A stretch of DNA of 46,255 nucleotides, filler included, from Jimgerdemannia flammicorona (taxonomy: Eukaryota): NCBI GenBank assembly GCA_003990765.1. It is 2 parts of 2 records of this genome, joined end to end, with 100 filler letters (N's around TTAATTAATTAA, not from the genome) between each part and the next. Parts side by side here need not be neighbours in the genome. Positions count along the whole stretch, not along the records: positions 1 to 23,084 come from RBNJ01001162.1; 1 more part is not named here. One strand, written 5' to 3'. The notes under the pieces were generated by a model. The model did no database searches and had not been told where the DNA came from. It was given only the letters and a program-made list of their open reading frames with translations. The position numbers were made by a program, and so were the translations under genes. Below are positions 1 through 11,470 of this stretch, in pieces. Each line of letters starts with the position of its first letter. Positions within the stretch are counted from its first letter, which is position 1.

Positions 1-340
1 TTTTTCATCTTCCAAACCGTTGAAAATGAATGAGAAACTACTAACGGTGGCTGTCGCGTCAGAGCCATCGTGTTTTCTCTTCTTTTTATTTCCCCTTGCG
101 TGTTTAGCATACGTTTGTGTCTCACTTTGTGTTCATTGATTACCTTGATCAGCGACTCTCATCACTGTTTTCACTCCTTTCACTCCCCTTTCTTTCCCCT
201 CACGCACTCAAAGGGTTGCGAGCGGTAAACGGAGTCGTTTTTTATCTTATGGGAGACGGGAGGGGGAATTGCGCTGCCACGCGATCTTGGTGGTGCGTTT
301 TTTTCACCTGGAACAAACAAACGCAATGGTGGCATTTCAG

Positions 341-720
341 TGTCGGTAACGCCACCGACGGTAATTTGGCGCAAGAAGTCTCAAAAGGACATTGCAAGCA
401 GTCTCGAAGGCCTCAAGGGTAGCTCATTCTCACTCGTCGCTCGGCTGGAGATCAGGTAATCTACTTTAATATAAAACGACACGCGTAAATCGACACTAAC
501 CGTCTCGTTCGTCCGAAAGAAGGACAGCCACCCTGGGTGGTAGATGTGGGTGCAAATCCCACGCGAGATTGCAGTAATTACGCGTGTAAAAGTAAAAACA
601 AGAGCACATCCGTGTCCGTTTGTTGACTCGTCATTCTCACCCTTTTTCGTTTCATATTCCCTCCACCCCTCTTATAGCACCTCGCCCCTTCAAGAAGGCA
701 CGATCACCTTTTACCAGTAA
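341..720 (+). CDS. Putative terminal exons of an unidentified gene (341-455 joined to 678-720)
   Basis: Acceptor ttcag| at 340, donor |gtaatc at 456, pyrimidine-rich acceptor cttatag| at 677. The joined frame reads ...SVTPPTVIWRKKSQKDIASSLEGLKGSSFSLVARLEISTSPLQEGTITFYQ*. CpG-rich, gene-like composition. No firm homology. Confidence 0.3.
502..570 (+). ncRNA. tRNA-like cloverleaf (non-canonical, probably not a translating tRNA)
   Basis: Acceptor stem GTCTCGT(502-508)/GCGAGAT(563-569); D arm GTCC-GAAAGAA-GGAC; anticodon arm GCCAC-CCTGG-GTGGT with a 5-nt loop; variable region AGAT; T arm GTGGG-TGCAAAT-CCCAC. Arm spacing is that of a tRNA, but the D-loop GG, U33 and TTC are missing. Confidence 0.7.
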
Positions 721-1273
721 ACTTCGAAGAGGCAATAAAAATTATTGACTCCGATTGGTAAGTTGGTGCAGTTATTGGAGTCCCTCGTGTATATATGTAA
801 GTGTGCGAGGCCGTGATTTTTTTTTTTTTTTTTTTACTCTCTCGTTTTGAGGTGCCATTTTCGTTAATGGAAGTATTCATTTTCGCCACATCACTAGTCC
901 TACGCCTCCGGCTTCTTGAGCGGAAAAATATCCCTTCATCTTCTAATGTCTTTACGGCATTCCGCCTCAACAGCGTATCGTCGTTGAGATTCTTGTATAT
1001 ACATTATGCCTAAGAGGTTTATTGGCACATTGCATATATAGGTAAAGTGTTAAGAGTGCCTTGGGTTGACATCACAATTATCGGGACAACTGCAGCATCA
1101 TGCCGACGCCTGCGCAAGTGACCACGTCCAAATGGCAGTCTCTCGCCGTGTGGCTATTAAATTTTATGTCCTGTTTGCGCACTTCAGTGTCGTACAGGCG
1201 AAACACGAAAGGCAAGGTAGGTGTCGCTTCCGATATAAATGTTCATGGTTCCTAGCAAGGCATGTTGGTTGGT

Positions 1274-1605
1274 TTATATTGAATAAGTAAAGCTATCAAT
1301 TCGACCTCCTTCTTCCCTCCTACTATCTACCTTTCCGCAACCCTCCAATTTCTCTCCCTCACCCCCACCAATATCTGGCGCATCGCGGTCCGGGCAATAT
1401 TTCGTCCTGTCCAATTTCCGCCAGGGGTGGTAAAACTCGACCGACCCAACTCCTCCAACTCCGCTCACGTATTCATTATCCATGGGCGTCGGCAGCTTGG
1501 CGACGGGATAACCCTTGCCTGTGTCGCTGCGGTAAGTCGCTAGCCCGGCTGCCGGATCCCAGTCAAGGAGGAACGTGGGCGGGGAGGAAGGGTTAGGTGG
1601 TGGTT
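1274..1605 (-). CDS. Putative coding exon or gene fragment, product unknown
   Basis: The open frame extends upstream of the listed Met (...PTFLLDWDPAAGLATYRSDTGKGYPVAKLPTPMDNEYV...FYHPWRKLDR...). GC/CpG-rich composition. No recognised domain. Confidence 0.3.
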
Positions 1606-2429
1606 CTCAATGAAGTAAACCGGATGAGAGAGGTGATTAGAGACAAAGGATTTGGTGATGGTTGTTTGTTGCTTTTTCGTGGCATTTTTTTTTTAAAAAA
1701 AAAAAATAATTATTATTATTCGGTTATCGCGTCCTTCGTTTCATATATTTAATGTGAGATTGGAGGTTTCCTCAGGCTATTGTCAGACAACAATTTTCCA
1801 ATGCCGTGGGACACGTAGATCATAGTTTTGTGTATATTGGTGGATGGCGTGTACTGAAGCTGGTTTACTGTGGAGACGGTTCCGTTTGCGGTCGGTGGTC
1901 CAACCTGGTACCTCGTCGTTTATAAAATGCAAGTTCCTTATCTAAGAAGAGTAGAAATATTGATGCTCGTCGATTGAACATGAGATTAATATACGTAGTG
2001 TCCTTCTTACAACGGGAAATCCATTATCAAAGACTAGCTTGCCGTCATGTGGTAACTTAGGCCAGTCAAGCACTGCCATCGATGTTGCAAGTGATGTTTG
2101 TGGACATTGGCAAAATCTCGAGATTTTAGTATTCTTCTCGTTTTCCGGATTTCTTATATAATTTAGACTTTAGCTTGAAATCCACTATTACTGATATATC
2201 CAACTTCACTGTTAGTATAATTATCTCTCAAGATAATAGAAAAGAATAAAGACTCATTATCTTTGAGTCATACATATAAGCTGTCACCTGCTTGGAAGGA
2301 TTTTTTTTTTAATGTTGTTATTAATTATCAGTTTCAAGTATATTAATAATTATATATATTACTATAGTACTAAACATTCTTAATTAAATTAAGATAGTCT
2401 ATAAAGATTACTCTATAGTTCCTGAGTTA

Positions 2430-3385
2430 CTTAAAACTAAGCTTAAGGAAAACTATACTGGGGAATTTTCAGCCAAGTAAGAAATGATGCACTTAGACCT
2501 CAGAGCAACCATTCATACAGCAGTAACCTGAGAAGCAGAATATAAAGTTATGACCCACTGGCTTATTGAGAAGTATATAGGAAATAAGACCCACTATAAG
2601 ATTTAAGAATTAATCATAGGAATAAAGATAAATCTCAGAGAATTACCTAGAGCATTCTTCACAAGAATTCAAAAAAGAATGTATACAGCTGAGTTCAATG
2701 CTATCAACCAAGACATCATAGGGTCAATGACCTTTATGAATGGGATTTCTCTGAACATTGTTCAGTATATCTATACTCTAGATATCAGAAGGTCTGAAGA
2801 GCAATTAGATATAACTCAAGAATTTTTTGATATCAGATAAGAAACTATCTAGAGTAACTTTAACAAGAAGAATAACAAAGAGGACCTCTTGGTCAAGACT
2901 CTGCAAAGACTCCTCCAAGAACAAGAAAGATCTGAAGAAAGAAAGTCAGCCAAGAAATAGAAGAAAGAAAGAACCAAAATCTAAGACCTTAACTCCAAGT
3001 TGGACCAATTGGTTGAATAGATTAAAAAACTCACTATATGTAAAAATCAGAGCTATTTACAAGACAATATAGGGTATATATTACAAAGAAACTAAAATTA
3101 TCTATCTAGAGATAATAGAAGCTAGTAGTAAAAAGAAAGAAAATATCCTGTCTAAGACAGAGCTCAAGTCCAATACTTCCACTATAGATAATTTATATAT
3201 TATGCCATAGAATATAATAATAGAAGAAGTAATCAAAGAGACTTAGACTCACCAAATTGAAAGAATGAAATCCAGTATAAGAAGACTGAAGCTCATCATG
3301 TTAAATACTTTGAAGAAGAAAGTAATAGTTAAGATTATAGTAACTTAGACCTAGATCTATACTCTGCCAAGGTTATTATTAGAAA
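2430..3385 (+). mobile_element. Degenerate Ty3/Gypsy gag relic
   Basis: Stop-riddled sequence that resembles gag of the 9792-18594 element (e.g. gcattcttcacaagaatt vs tcattctatacctgaatt; ctagatctatactctgcc vs ctcgaattctaccctgct). Boundaries are approximate. Confidence 0.5.
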
Positions 3386-3389
3386 AAAA

Positions 3390-4735
3390 AGGTAATTGAT
3401 ATATACTAGTGTCTTCAGGATTTATCTATCTATGCTTCCTAAATAGATACTGATTTCTTTGATATTATACATATACAAGATAAGATCTCTCCTATTTAGG
3501 CTCTAGTTTGATAATAAAGTTTGTTTCAATTATACTTCTCCAGACTAGTACTTGATCTTCAATCTTGATCTTTTAATCTTCTACTTCTGATTATAGTACT
3601 TCTTTTATCTTTCTTAAGTCTTAATTATCTGAGCTTAGGCTTGATTGTGTAATATTCTGTCTTTTTGAAGAGATCTCTGAGGTTTTTATAATTAGTAGTT
3701 CTAATTCTTTTGATAAATATTATCTTGAATAGTTTTTATTTAGTAGAGATAATAGAGATATTCTGAATGTTCCATAAGATCTTAGATAAGTAGAGGTCCC
3801 AGGTAGTAGAATTAACTCAGATATGTTCTTTCTTGATAGTCTAGTTTATTCATTCTTGGTCAGAAATAAATTCTTCTGAAGATCTGTATCTGAGTATGAG
3901 GCCATAGAGGAGGTTTACAATAGTCAAAATATTAGTAATTTCTATTAGAAAAGCTTTACAAATACTAGGATATATTTGTTCCTTCTTAGTATAACTGATA
4001 GAGGTCTAATAATATCTACTCTCTATCTCTGAAAGATATTGTCTAGTGGTATGATTAGTTATAGTATTGCTTGATAGTTCTTCTTTCTTTAATACTTCTA
4101 GCAGATATTATATTTCTTAAATATATCTCTGACTTATGTTCTGAGATTGAGCTAATATTGGTATATTATTTGTAGCTTTTCTTTTATATTTATCTATCCT
4201 TAGTACACTTTCTGGTATTCTTTTTAGATGAGGTCTTTTTGTATTTTAGTAGTTATGAGAGTCTTCTTTAGAGTATAGTTCATTAGTATATTCTTCTTCT
4301 AGTTTATTAGAGTTGGCAGAAAAATATATTAAGCTTTTCCTAGTTTATAGATAATAGTGATTTGTAATTCTATAGAATAAAGATCTAGTGGATAAGAATT
4401 TCAGTAGGTTTCTTATAGTTGAATAGCTATTTGAGAGATTATCAGAGTAAATCTTTTTCTAATAAGATAGTACTTGAATAGAGTAACTGTCTATATGATT
4501 ATAAGAAATTTCAGTTTAGTGCTACCATAATTGATTTGTTACTAATTAATAGCTAGCTTATATAAGCTATTATATAGTACTATTAGTCAGATTCTTCTTG
4601 GACTAGAACTGCTCTAAGGCCATCTTTGAAAGTATCTATATATAAGATAAATAGCTTCTATAGGTTGGGCTATATAAGAATTAGTATTGTAGTTATATGA
4701 TACTTGAATTTTATAAAGGTCTATTCACTACTAAT
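3390..4735 (-). mobile_element. Degenerate Ty3/Gypsy RNase H-integrase relic (same family as 19074-23084)
   Basis: Colinear nucleotide similarity to ~21150-22600 (e.g. 3541 cagactagtacttgatcttcaatcttgatc vs 21270 caaactaggacttgatctccaatcttgatc; 4610 tgctctaaggccatctttgaaagtatc vs 22488 tgctcctaggccatctttggaagcatc). Confidence 0.8.
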
Positions 4736-4759
4736 ACTGCTTAACTATTTTCTAATAGA

Positions 4760-7700
4760 CTGATTAATAACCTCCTGAACCCTGGGGGAACTCCTACTCT
4801 TTTTAGCACTCTCTCTAGCCAGACCCTCCACACCCTATTATATGCCTTTTCCTGATCTAAAAACACTAACTGGCCATCAACCCCAGCTGCCTAAGCCCCT
4901 TCAATCACTCTATGGACCTAGGCAGTTCTATCTCAGATCAACTGACCACCAACAAATTCCCTCTGCTCCACTTCTAGTATCTGCTGAGTGATCCCCTGCA
5001 GTCTAGTTACTAAGATCTTTGTCACCAGCTTGCAGTTCATATCAAGGAGTATGATTAGTTGCCAGTTCTTCCAATCTTCTCTTCTCTCCTTATTCTTATA
5101 GAGCAAAGAGACCAGCCCTAGACACTGGCCTCCAATCTAAGATCCAGATTGAAGGACCTCATCACTCATTGCTATCATCTCCTCCAATACTACCTCCACC
5201 CCTGTCATCTTCTTCCAAAAATCCCAGAGAAGCCTATCCTCCCCTGAAGCTATCCCCTTACTCATTGAAGCCAAGATCTTACATACTTCCTCCCTCCACA
5301 CTAGATCTCCCAGTGTCTCCAGGCCAAGAGCTGGATCTAGATACCAATCCTCCAACTGCTGTTCAATATTTAGGGCATCCTCACCCCCTTCTTCCTCACT
5401 CCATAAATTCCTTCAGTGAGTCCTCAGTAATTCCAGAATCTTAGGCATCCCTGCCACCATCTCCCCATCCTTATCCAAAATCCCCTCCTACTACTGTCTG
5501 GTTCTTTGGGCCTGAAGCAGCCATAAAAGAAACCTAGTGAGCCTCTCCCCCTCCTCCAACCCCTGCCACTGCAACCTCACCACTATCTCCTTCAACTGAA
5601 CCTCTTTCTCCATTTGTAGCATGTTATTTAACTCAACAACTTCCTTTTATATCCACAGAATTTGCCAATCAGCTGCCCCCCAATTCTCTAGCAATTCTAC
5701 TCATCTCTTCAGAAGTACTACTAATTGCTGTGAAGCCCATTGTACTTGCCACTGCTGCTGAGTACTCCTTCCTTTCCCCACCTCCCTTCAGTACCTCTGA
5801 GCACTCAATTTCAGCTACCACCAGTGATCTTCAATTACCAATCTCTGCTCCCTCTACCTCCCAATCTTTACAATAACTTTTATCTTCCAGTCTGTCCATA
5901 AGGAACCATTCTCCAGCAAAGAAGAATTCAGCTGCTAATGTTCTGGCCCATTCCCACTTCTCCCAAATCTCTCCCTCTCTACCAGACCCCAGTGATCTGA
6001 CCATGGGCACTAAATCACCTCCAGTACATCTCAGACATCTACTCCCCAGTACTCTACCATTAATACCCCATCAATCCTGAAGCCTAGCCCTATCACCCAA
6101 TGGGTATAAATATAGCAATCTATCCAAAACTGTTGCCCTGAGTCAATCAAGAAGCTCAGCCTCTCAATCTCTATCCAATTATTCAACCCACCACTTTTGC
6201 CTCTCACTTCTCTCCCACCATTAGTTCTATTCAATCCATTATTATATATCATGTTGAAATCACCCCCCAAGCAATCAATCCCTGCCTCATCTATAACACT
6301 AGCCTCTCTTAGGTCTCTGATCCAATCTATGTATTCCCCCCTCTCAGCCAGGCAATAACATGACCCAACAGTCAAAGGGTTTCACCCAGGCCTTTTTTAT
6401 ACTCCCCACACCAACCTACTCTCCCAATATCCAATATCTCAAATATCTCATCTCCTTTCTAACCAGAATATCCACCTGTCCAGTCTACACTACTGCCCCA
6501 CCCCATTCTTTAGTCCAGTTCTGTAAATCTATATCTACCTCATACTATATATTCTGTAATAAGAAGAGATCTGTATCCAGTCCCCTCAGCTAGCCAAAGA
6601 TATTCCTATACTATGTCACTCCCCTCAACCCATTTACATTCAAAGAAATGATTCTAGTTATACTATTTATATTGAATAATATTTAATAGTGAGAGCCCAG
6701 TCTAGTATTCTATGTTCATCCCATTGCCAGCCAGATCTATATACTGCTCTGCCTCTAACTCATCTGTTGCTACAGCCTGAGCATCCAGTGCCTCCAAGAT
6801 TTTCTGATACTCCACTCCATCCACAACCTCTATTTCTATCTGATAATCTGTACATACCACTCTCTACTTCTCCAACCCCTTCCTTGAACCTTATAAGTAT
6901 ACTGCCTAGTCATTTGCAATCTCTCGAAGAGCCTCCTCCCTCTGATCATCAACTTGATATTTCTCTGACTCCAAGAGCACTGCCAGGATCTCATTTCTAA
7001 TCTTCCTTAACACCTCCTCCCCATGAAGAATTTCCTCCTAATATCTATCACTCAGTATCCAGAAGTCCTCTCCTCCTAGCTTCTTAGCTGCTACTCCCTC
7101 CAAAGTCTTCCACAGCTACTTCTCCTCATCCACCACCCCAGCAACACCCTGGGCAACTCTCTTGACCTCCACCACTGGGTCCACCAAAGTGCTCCTCCTT
7201 CTCAACTCATCCCACTCCTCCTCCAGTATGTCCAGTAGTTCCTTCTCCTCACTTACCTCACCTAGGACACTATACTGAGGGTGTACTTCCTCTCCCATTT
7301 CTGTATCCTCTGCTATGCCACCCAGTTCCTCCTTGTTCAATCCACCCTGGGCCACATTCTGATCCATCCTATGCTCCCCAGCCCAGGCACTCTCCCTCAG
7401 TCTAGCACTATCTTCTCTCACCCCACTATTTACCCCACCCTCTCCCAGCTTCTTCAACAACTCCTTCTGGATTCACCTCCTCTGCATCTTCTTCCAGGTC
7501 CTCTTATCTATTCTGACCCTCTTGCCATCCACAATCTCCACCACCATCTTGGCCTCATACTTCTTCCAAGTCAGTCTCCTCTACTCAACAGCCCTTGCCA
7601 GATCCTCAAGAGCCTCCAGTAAGTCCTCCTCTTCCTCTGACATCCCTTTCACCTGTGAGACCTTATACTCAACTGGTCCCCACTTAAGAGCAGTAGGCCA

Positions 7701-8665
7701 GTCCCTTGTCTTCTCTGTATTCTCTCTTCTAGTCAGCCTCACCCTGATATCGATATCTTCTGTCTGAAGTTCTATACCCTCCCAGACTCTGAACTCAATA
7801 TCCACAATCTCCCTATACTCCTTGACTACCTCCACAACTGGCTCCCTGGCCCTCTCTCTCAACACCATAAGAAGGTCTAACACTGTCAGCTATACTACTT
7901 GGGGGTCCCAGTACATATAGCTGGCCATAGGAACTACTACTCCACCCACTACTACTCCTTTTTCCATGGCCTCCAATAACAATATTTCTTCCTCAAACCC
8001 AACCTTAACCCCCTCCTTCCTCTTCAAGAACTTCATTGATACCACTCTCTTCACCTCCTATACTACCAACTCCAGAATCATCCTTATAGTTACCACTAAG
8101 CCTCAAAAGCACAATGTGATGGCAAATTCTAACTGTGACTTTTTGAGTAATAGTGCCAACACCATGCACATCATGCCATCAGCCAGGTCTCTGGGCCTCA
8201 TGCCCACCCCCTGTCCTGATCTACCAATGACCATTACATCTGGATTTTTTTCTAGATCCCCAGTTACTACTCCATCAGTAGTCACCTCTCCAGCCTCTAC
8301 TCTCTCCCCCCCTCTACTATCTGACCCTTCTATGGGGGCCCCTCTCTGTCTTCTAACTGCAATCTTTGATGTCTTCTCTAGTCCCAACCAACTATCCAGA
8401 CCCAATGTCATTCTCTCCATCTTGACCTTGTCAGCAAAGGTCATCTTCTTCCCTCCTTGTTATCTTAATCTGCCCCTCTCTTTACTACCAGTACCTTGCC
8501 CAGCCATAGAAGGTCCTAGCATCTCCAAACTATCTCTCCTCCTCTCCACATACTGCCAATCAAAGGCACTGCTACCCCCCTGGCTGGTACACTCACCAGT
8601 ATGATTGTTGCTATCTATATCAATAGTCTCCTTTATCAAAAACATTGTGAAAAGTATTATCTGAG
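4760..8665 (-). mobile_element. L1/Tx1-like non-LTR retrotransposon relic (ORF1 + APE endonuclease part of ORF2), nested in a Gypsy relic
   Basis: Minus-strand APE motifs IISLNVNGLRG (~6650), DCLGGDFN, RIDGVL, WSDH and QLNSSLL. ORF1 has degenerate CCHC knuckles near 7400-7500. Many stops. The 3' part (RT) is missing. Confidence 0.8.
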
Positions 8666-8669
8666 TCTT

Positions 8670-9791
8670 ATATCACCTGAATGTTACCAGTGAAAGGTGC
8701 AGCCTCATCTTGTATCTTATAATTAATCTAGAAGGTCATCAATTCTGAGTAAGGGTTAGATATCTTTTTTTATCACTGAGTTGAGCTTTCTGTAATATAT
8801 ATAGAGTCACTATCCTTCTTTCTTAGATATAATAAGTATAGGGCTAATCCAGGGGCTAGTGGAGAGTTAGATAACTCTATTATCTAAGAGTTTCTAAATA
8901 TATTCCTTCTTAAATGTTTTTAGATAATGATGTATTCTATAAGACTTCTGCTAGATAGATATTGTATTTCTTGTATTTATGCTATAGTAGTATGATGAGT
9001 TATATGATAGATTACCATAATCTATAGTAAAGATGTCTTAGTATTTATAAAGAAGTTCTACTAGTTGTTACCATTATTGAGGTGACAATTCTTCTCTAAT
9101 ATTAGTAGAAGGCTTTACTTTCTTCTAAGTTACAGAGAGGCCTTTTCTTTCTTCTAGAACCTTCTGCTGTTTTCTAATAATTTTAGTTTATAAACTTCTC
9201 TATATATCTAATTGAGATAGGGCACCAGATGGTCTATAATAGTTTCTTTTAGCAGAATGAGGCTTTCTCAGCTTTGATTAATTGTTCAAGAGTATATAGA
9301 ATTCATCTTTTCAGAAAATATATATTCTTCTATATCTAGGTTCTTGATATTCTCATTGGGTTCAAAGAAGAGATTTCTAGGATCAGAGAGTACAAATATT
9401 TCAAAGATGGTCTGCTCTCTGGGTTTTAGAATGAGGTTTTTGTATAACTTAACTAGTTGGTAGTATACTTGCTGAGGGACATTCTTTTTGAAGTAGTTGA
9501 CCTAGAAGAGGTATATCTCTTTCTTATTTGAGCTTCTAAATTCTTCAGTTTGTCTTATGTCTTGAGTCATTTAGAGAACTCTTATAGTTGGGGGGTCTTG
9601 ACTTTCAAAAGATTACTTGGGCAACCTTTTGTTCTTTATAGATTTAGTATCATTCTATACTATTGTTTTTCAGAATAATCTTGATTTTGCCTATATATTC
9701 TAAGTCTATTGTTCCTCCTTCTATGATTATTCCTTATCTAGTGAGTTCAGACCTTAAGACTAGTTGAATATAGATTTCTTTAGATAGCTAT
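8670..9791 (-). mobile_element. Degenerate Ty3/Gypsy pol relic (RT N-terminus and upstream), continuation of 3390-4735
   Basis: The reverse strand gives STSPWISPILI (~8860) and a degenerate YRKLNSVIKKDI..LRIDD (~8790-8735), the Gypsy RT N-terminal motifs. Confidence 0.7.
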
Positions 9792-10033
9792 TATAATGGT
9801 GACCCCAGAATGATGACATCAGCACAGGAGACAGCCTTTCTTTACAAGCCACCAGATCGGAGTACAAGAAGATCATACGGCATACAAGATGAGCAATGAT
9901 GACCAATTGTGAGTCATTATGACCACAGCACAAGCATCCTGAAGAATATAAAAGAAGGATCAAGGAACCGCAGTAGCAGCAACCAACAAGAACCATCAAT
10001 CCCAAAATAGCTCAAAGACTTACCACAAACAAA

Positions 10034-10882
10034 ATGTCTGCTGCCCACCAAACCTCAAGGTCAAGGAATCATCAAGGTATCTTGGTTGAGGAAAGGATGT
10101 TCTAAGACATCAGAAGAGCCATGAGGACCTGCTCAAGAAGGACTCCTAGTGTTAATCTGGGTACTGCAGACCTCTATCACTTCATTCTCTACCACCGCGA
10201 AATGGAAACAAGGATCACCATTGCCACTGAATACCTCCAAATGTGGCAGGAATACGAAATAGGAAACCTCCTCTGCCGGGAGTTCCCACAGGCCAGCCCC
10301 CAAGAGCTACAAGACGCCACTCTCATAGACCTACATGAGGTAAGGACAGCAAAGAAGATCCATCAGATCTTCAGGCATGCACCATGGTCGATCCCCAACT
10401 TGGAGTATGTTAGAGTCTCAGACTTCAGAGACCTGTCATCCCGCCATATCAATGCACTAGAAGCCAGGGTAGCCACAGAAGCCCAGTCTACCATCACTCT
10501 CAACAGCGAAGAAGTAGAAGACTTCTGGCACTCTATTCTTTAGAACAACCCAGACCAATTCCTGCAAGGATTGATCTCAGTATTCCAAGGCCCAAGCATC
10601 CAGGTCAGATCTCCTCAAGACCCCACATTTGTTCCTTATTTTGTAGAAGAGAACCTCATAGACTGGAGAGCTCCAGACCTTGTTCCTGATTTTCCCACCA
10701 CAGCCAAACGTGATGACGTCATCGATGACGTCATCCCATGTGACATACCATGCAAAATACACGAAACTTATGACAATGAAGTATACGAGACACGTGGCCT
10801 GCATGACGAATTCGCAGACCTCATCTCCTTCAGTGATGATGATGATGATGAAGCTCCCATGGTCCTGAACTTTCTGCTCTAA
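10034..10882 (+). pseudogene. LTR-encoded accessory ORF (~282 aa, HTH-like helical domain plus acidic tail)
   Basis: A single frame runs from ATG 10034 to TAA 10882. Its two internal stops (10103 TAA, 10541 TAG) are CAA and CAG in the 3' LTR copy. Confidence 0.8.
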
Positions 10883-10889
10883 GTTCTTT

Positions 10890-11023
10890 GTTACACTGGA
10901 TAATGCCAGCACTGATATTCTCATGTAACACTGGATAATGCCAGCACCAGTATTCTGAGGTGATATGAAATTATTCCAGCACTGGCATTTTGATGTGATA
11001 CTAAATAATGCCAGCCCTGGAAC
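10890..11023. promoter_or_regulatory. Four 35-bp tandem units, each with a palindromic core (AATGCCAG-nn-CTGGCATT), upstream of the LTR TATA box
   Basis: CCAG cores at 10906, 10941, 10976 and 11011 give an exact 35-bp period. The array is repeated at 18021-18153. Confidence 0.75.
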
Positions 11024-11346
11024 TTAGTAGTTTTAGTTATTGGAATTTATATTTAGCTTTATATCTTAGCAACCATTGAATTATATTTTGTATAAATACC
11101 TCTCTTATTTTCTCTGAAATAAAGTCAGTCAAGTTTGAGTCAAGTTCCAGTTTCACTTATACACACTTCCTTGCAAGCAATCTAAGAGATAACAAGACAG
11201 TTAAAGATAAAATTTTTGAGGACTATAAGACCTTGGGAAGGTACTCTAATAAGAACTTGCTTATAACAACTTGAGTTAGTCTAAGAGATACACCTTGAAG
11301 AGAATCTGGCATATTTGAAGGACTCAGCGACCACTACGTGACAACT

Positions 11347-11363
11347 TGGTGCCCATTGGCTGG
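11347..11363 (+). promoter_or_regulatory. Primer-binding site (tRNA identity not determined)
   Basis: TGGTGCCCATTGGCTGG begins 3 nt after the LTR-terminal CA. TGG is complementary to the tRNA CCA end. Confidence 0.75.
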
Positions 11364-11470
11364 TGATTCAAGACAAATTCCTCACTTTTAAGCTGAAAAA
11401 CAAATAACCCCCACAACAACTACCCTGACTACAAGAGTCACCCCCTGCAAGAATTCAAGACAAGATAGAA

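Larger units (their letters stand above)
9792..11343 (+). repeat. 5' LTR (1552 bp)
   Basis: Starts TATAATGGTGACCCCAG (aligns to TGTAATAGTGACCCCAG at 16970) and ends ...CACTACGTGACA. TATAAATA at 11091, AATAAA at 11118. Confidence 0.95.

Noticed and set aside
502..570. Functional tRNA-Gln(CTG) gene or cobalamin-riboswitch T-loop
   Set aside because: The 5-nt anticodon loop, missing U33 and D-loop GG, and non-TTC T loop rule out a normal tRNA. No B12-box or other riboswitch elements are present. Kept only as tRNA-like.
7966..8604. 212-aa plus-strand ORF and similar Ser/Pro/Leu-rich ORFs at 5169-7767 and 28048-34206
   Set aside because: Antisense shadows of purine-rich LINE coding strands.
9760..10005. 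Cys-rich minus-strand ORF repeated at 16914-17177
   Set aside because: It recurs only because it lies in the LTR, has a non-ATG start and runs out of the LTR into unrelated flanks.
10034..10882. Accessory ORF as an env gene
   Set aside because: No signal peptide, furin site or TM anchor; too short and acidic.
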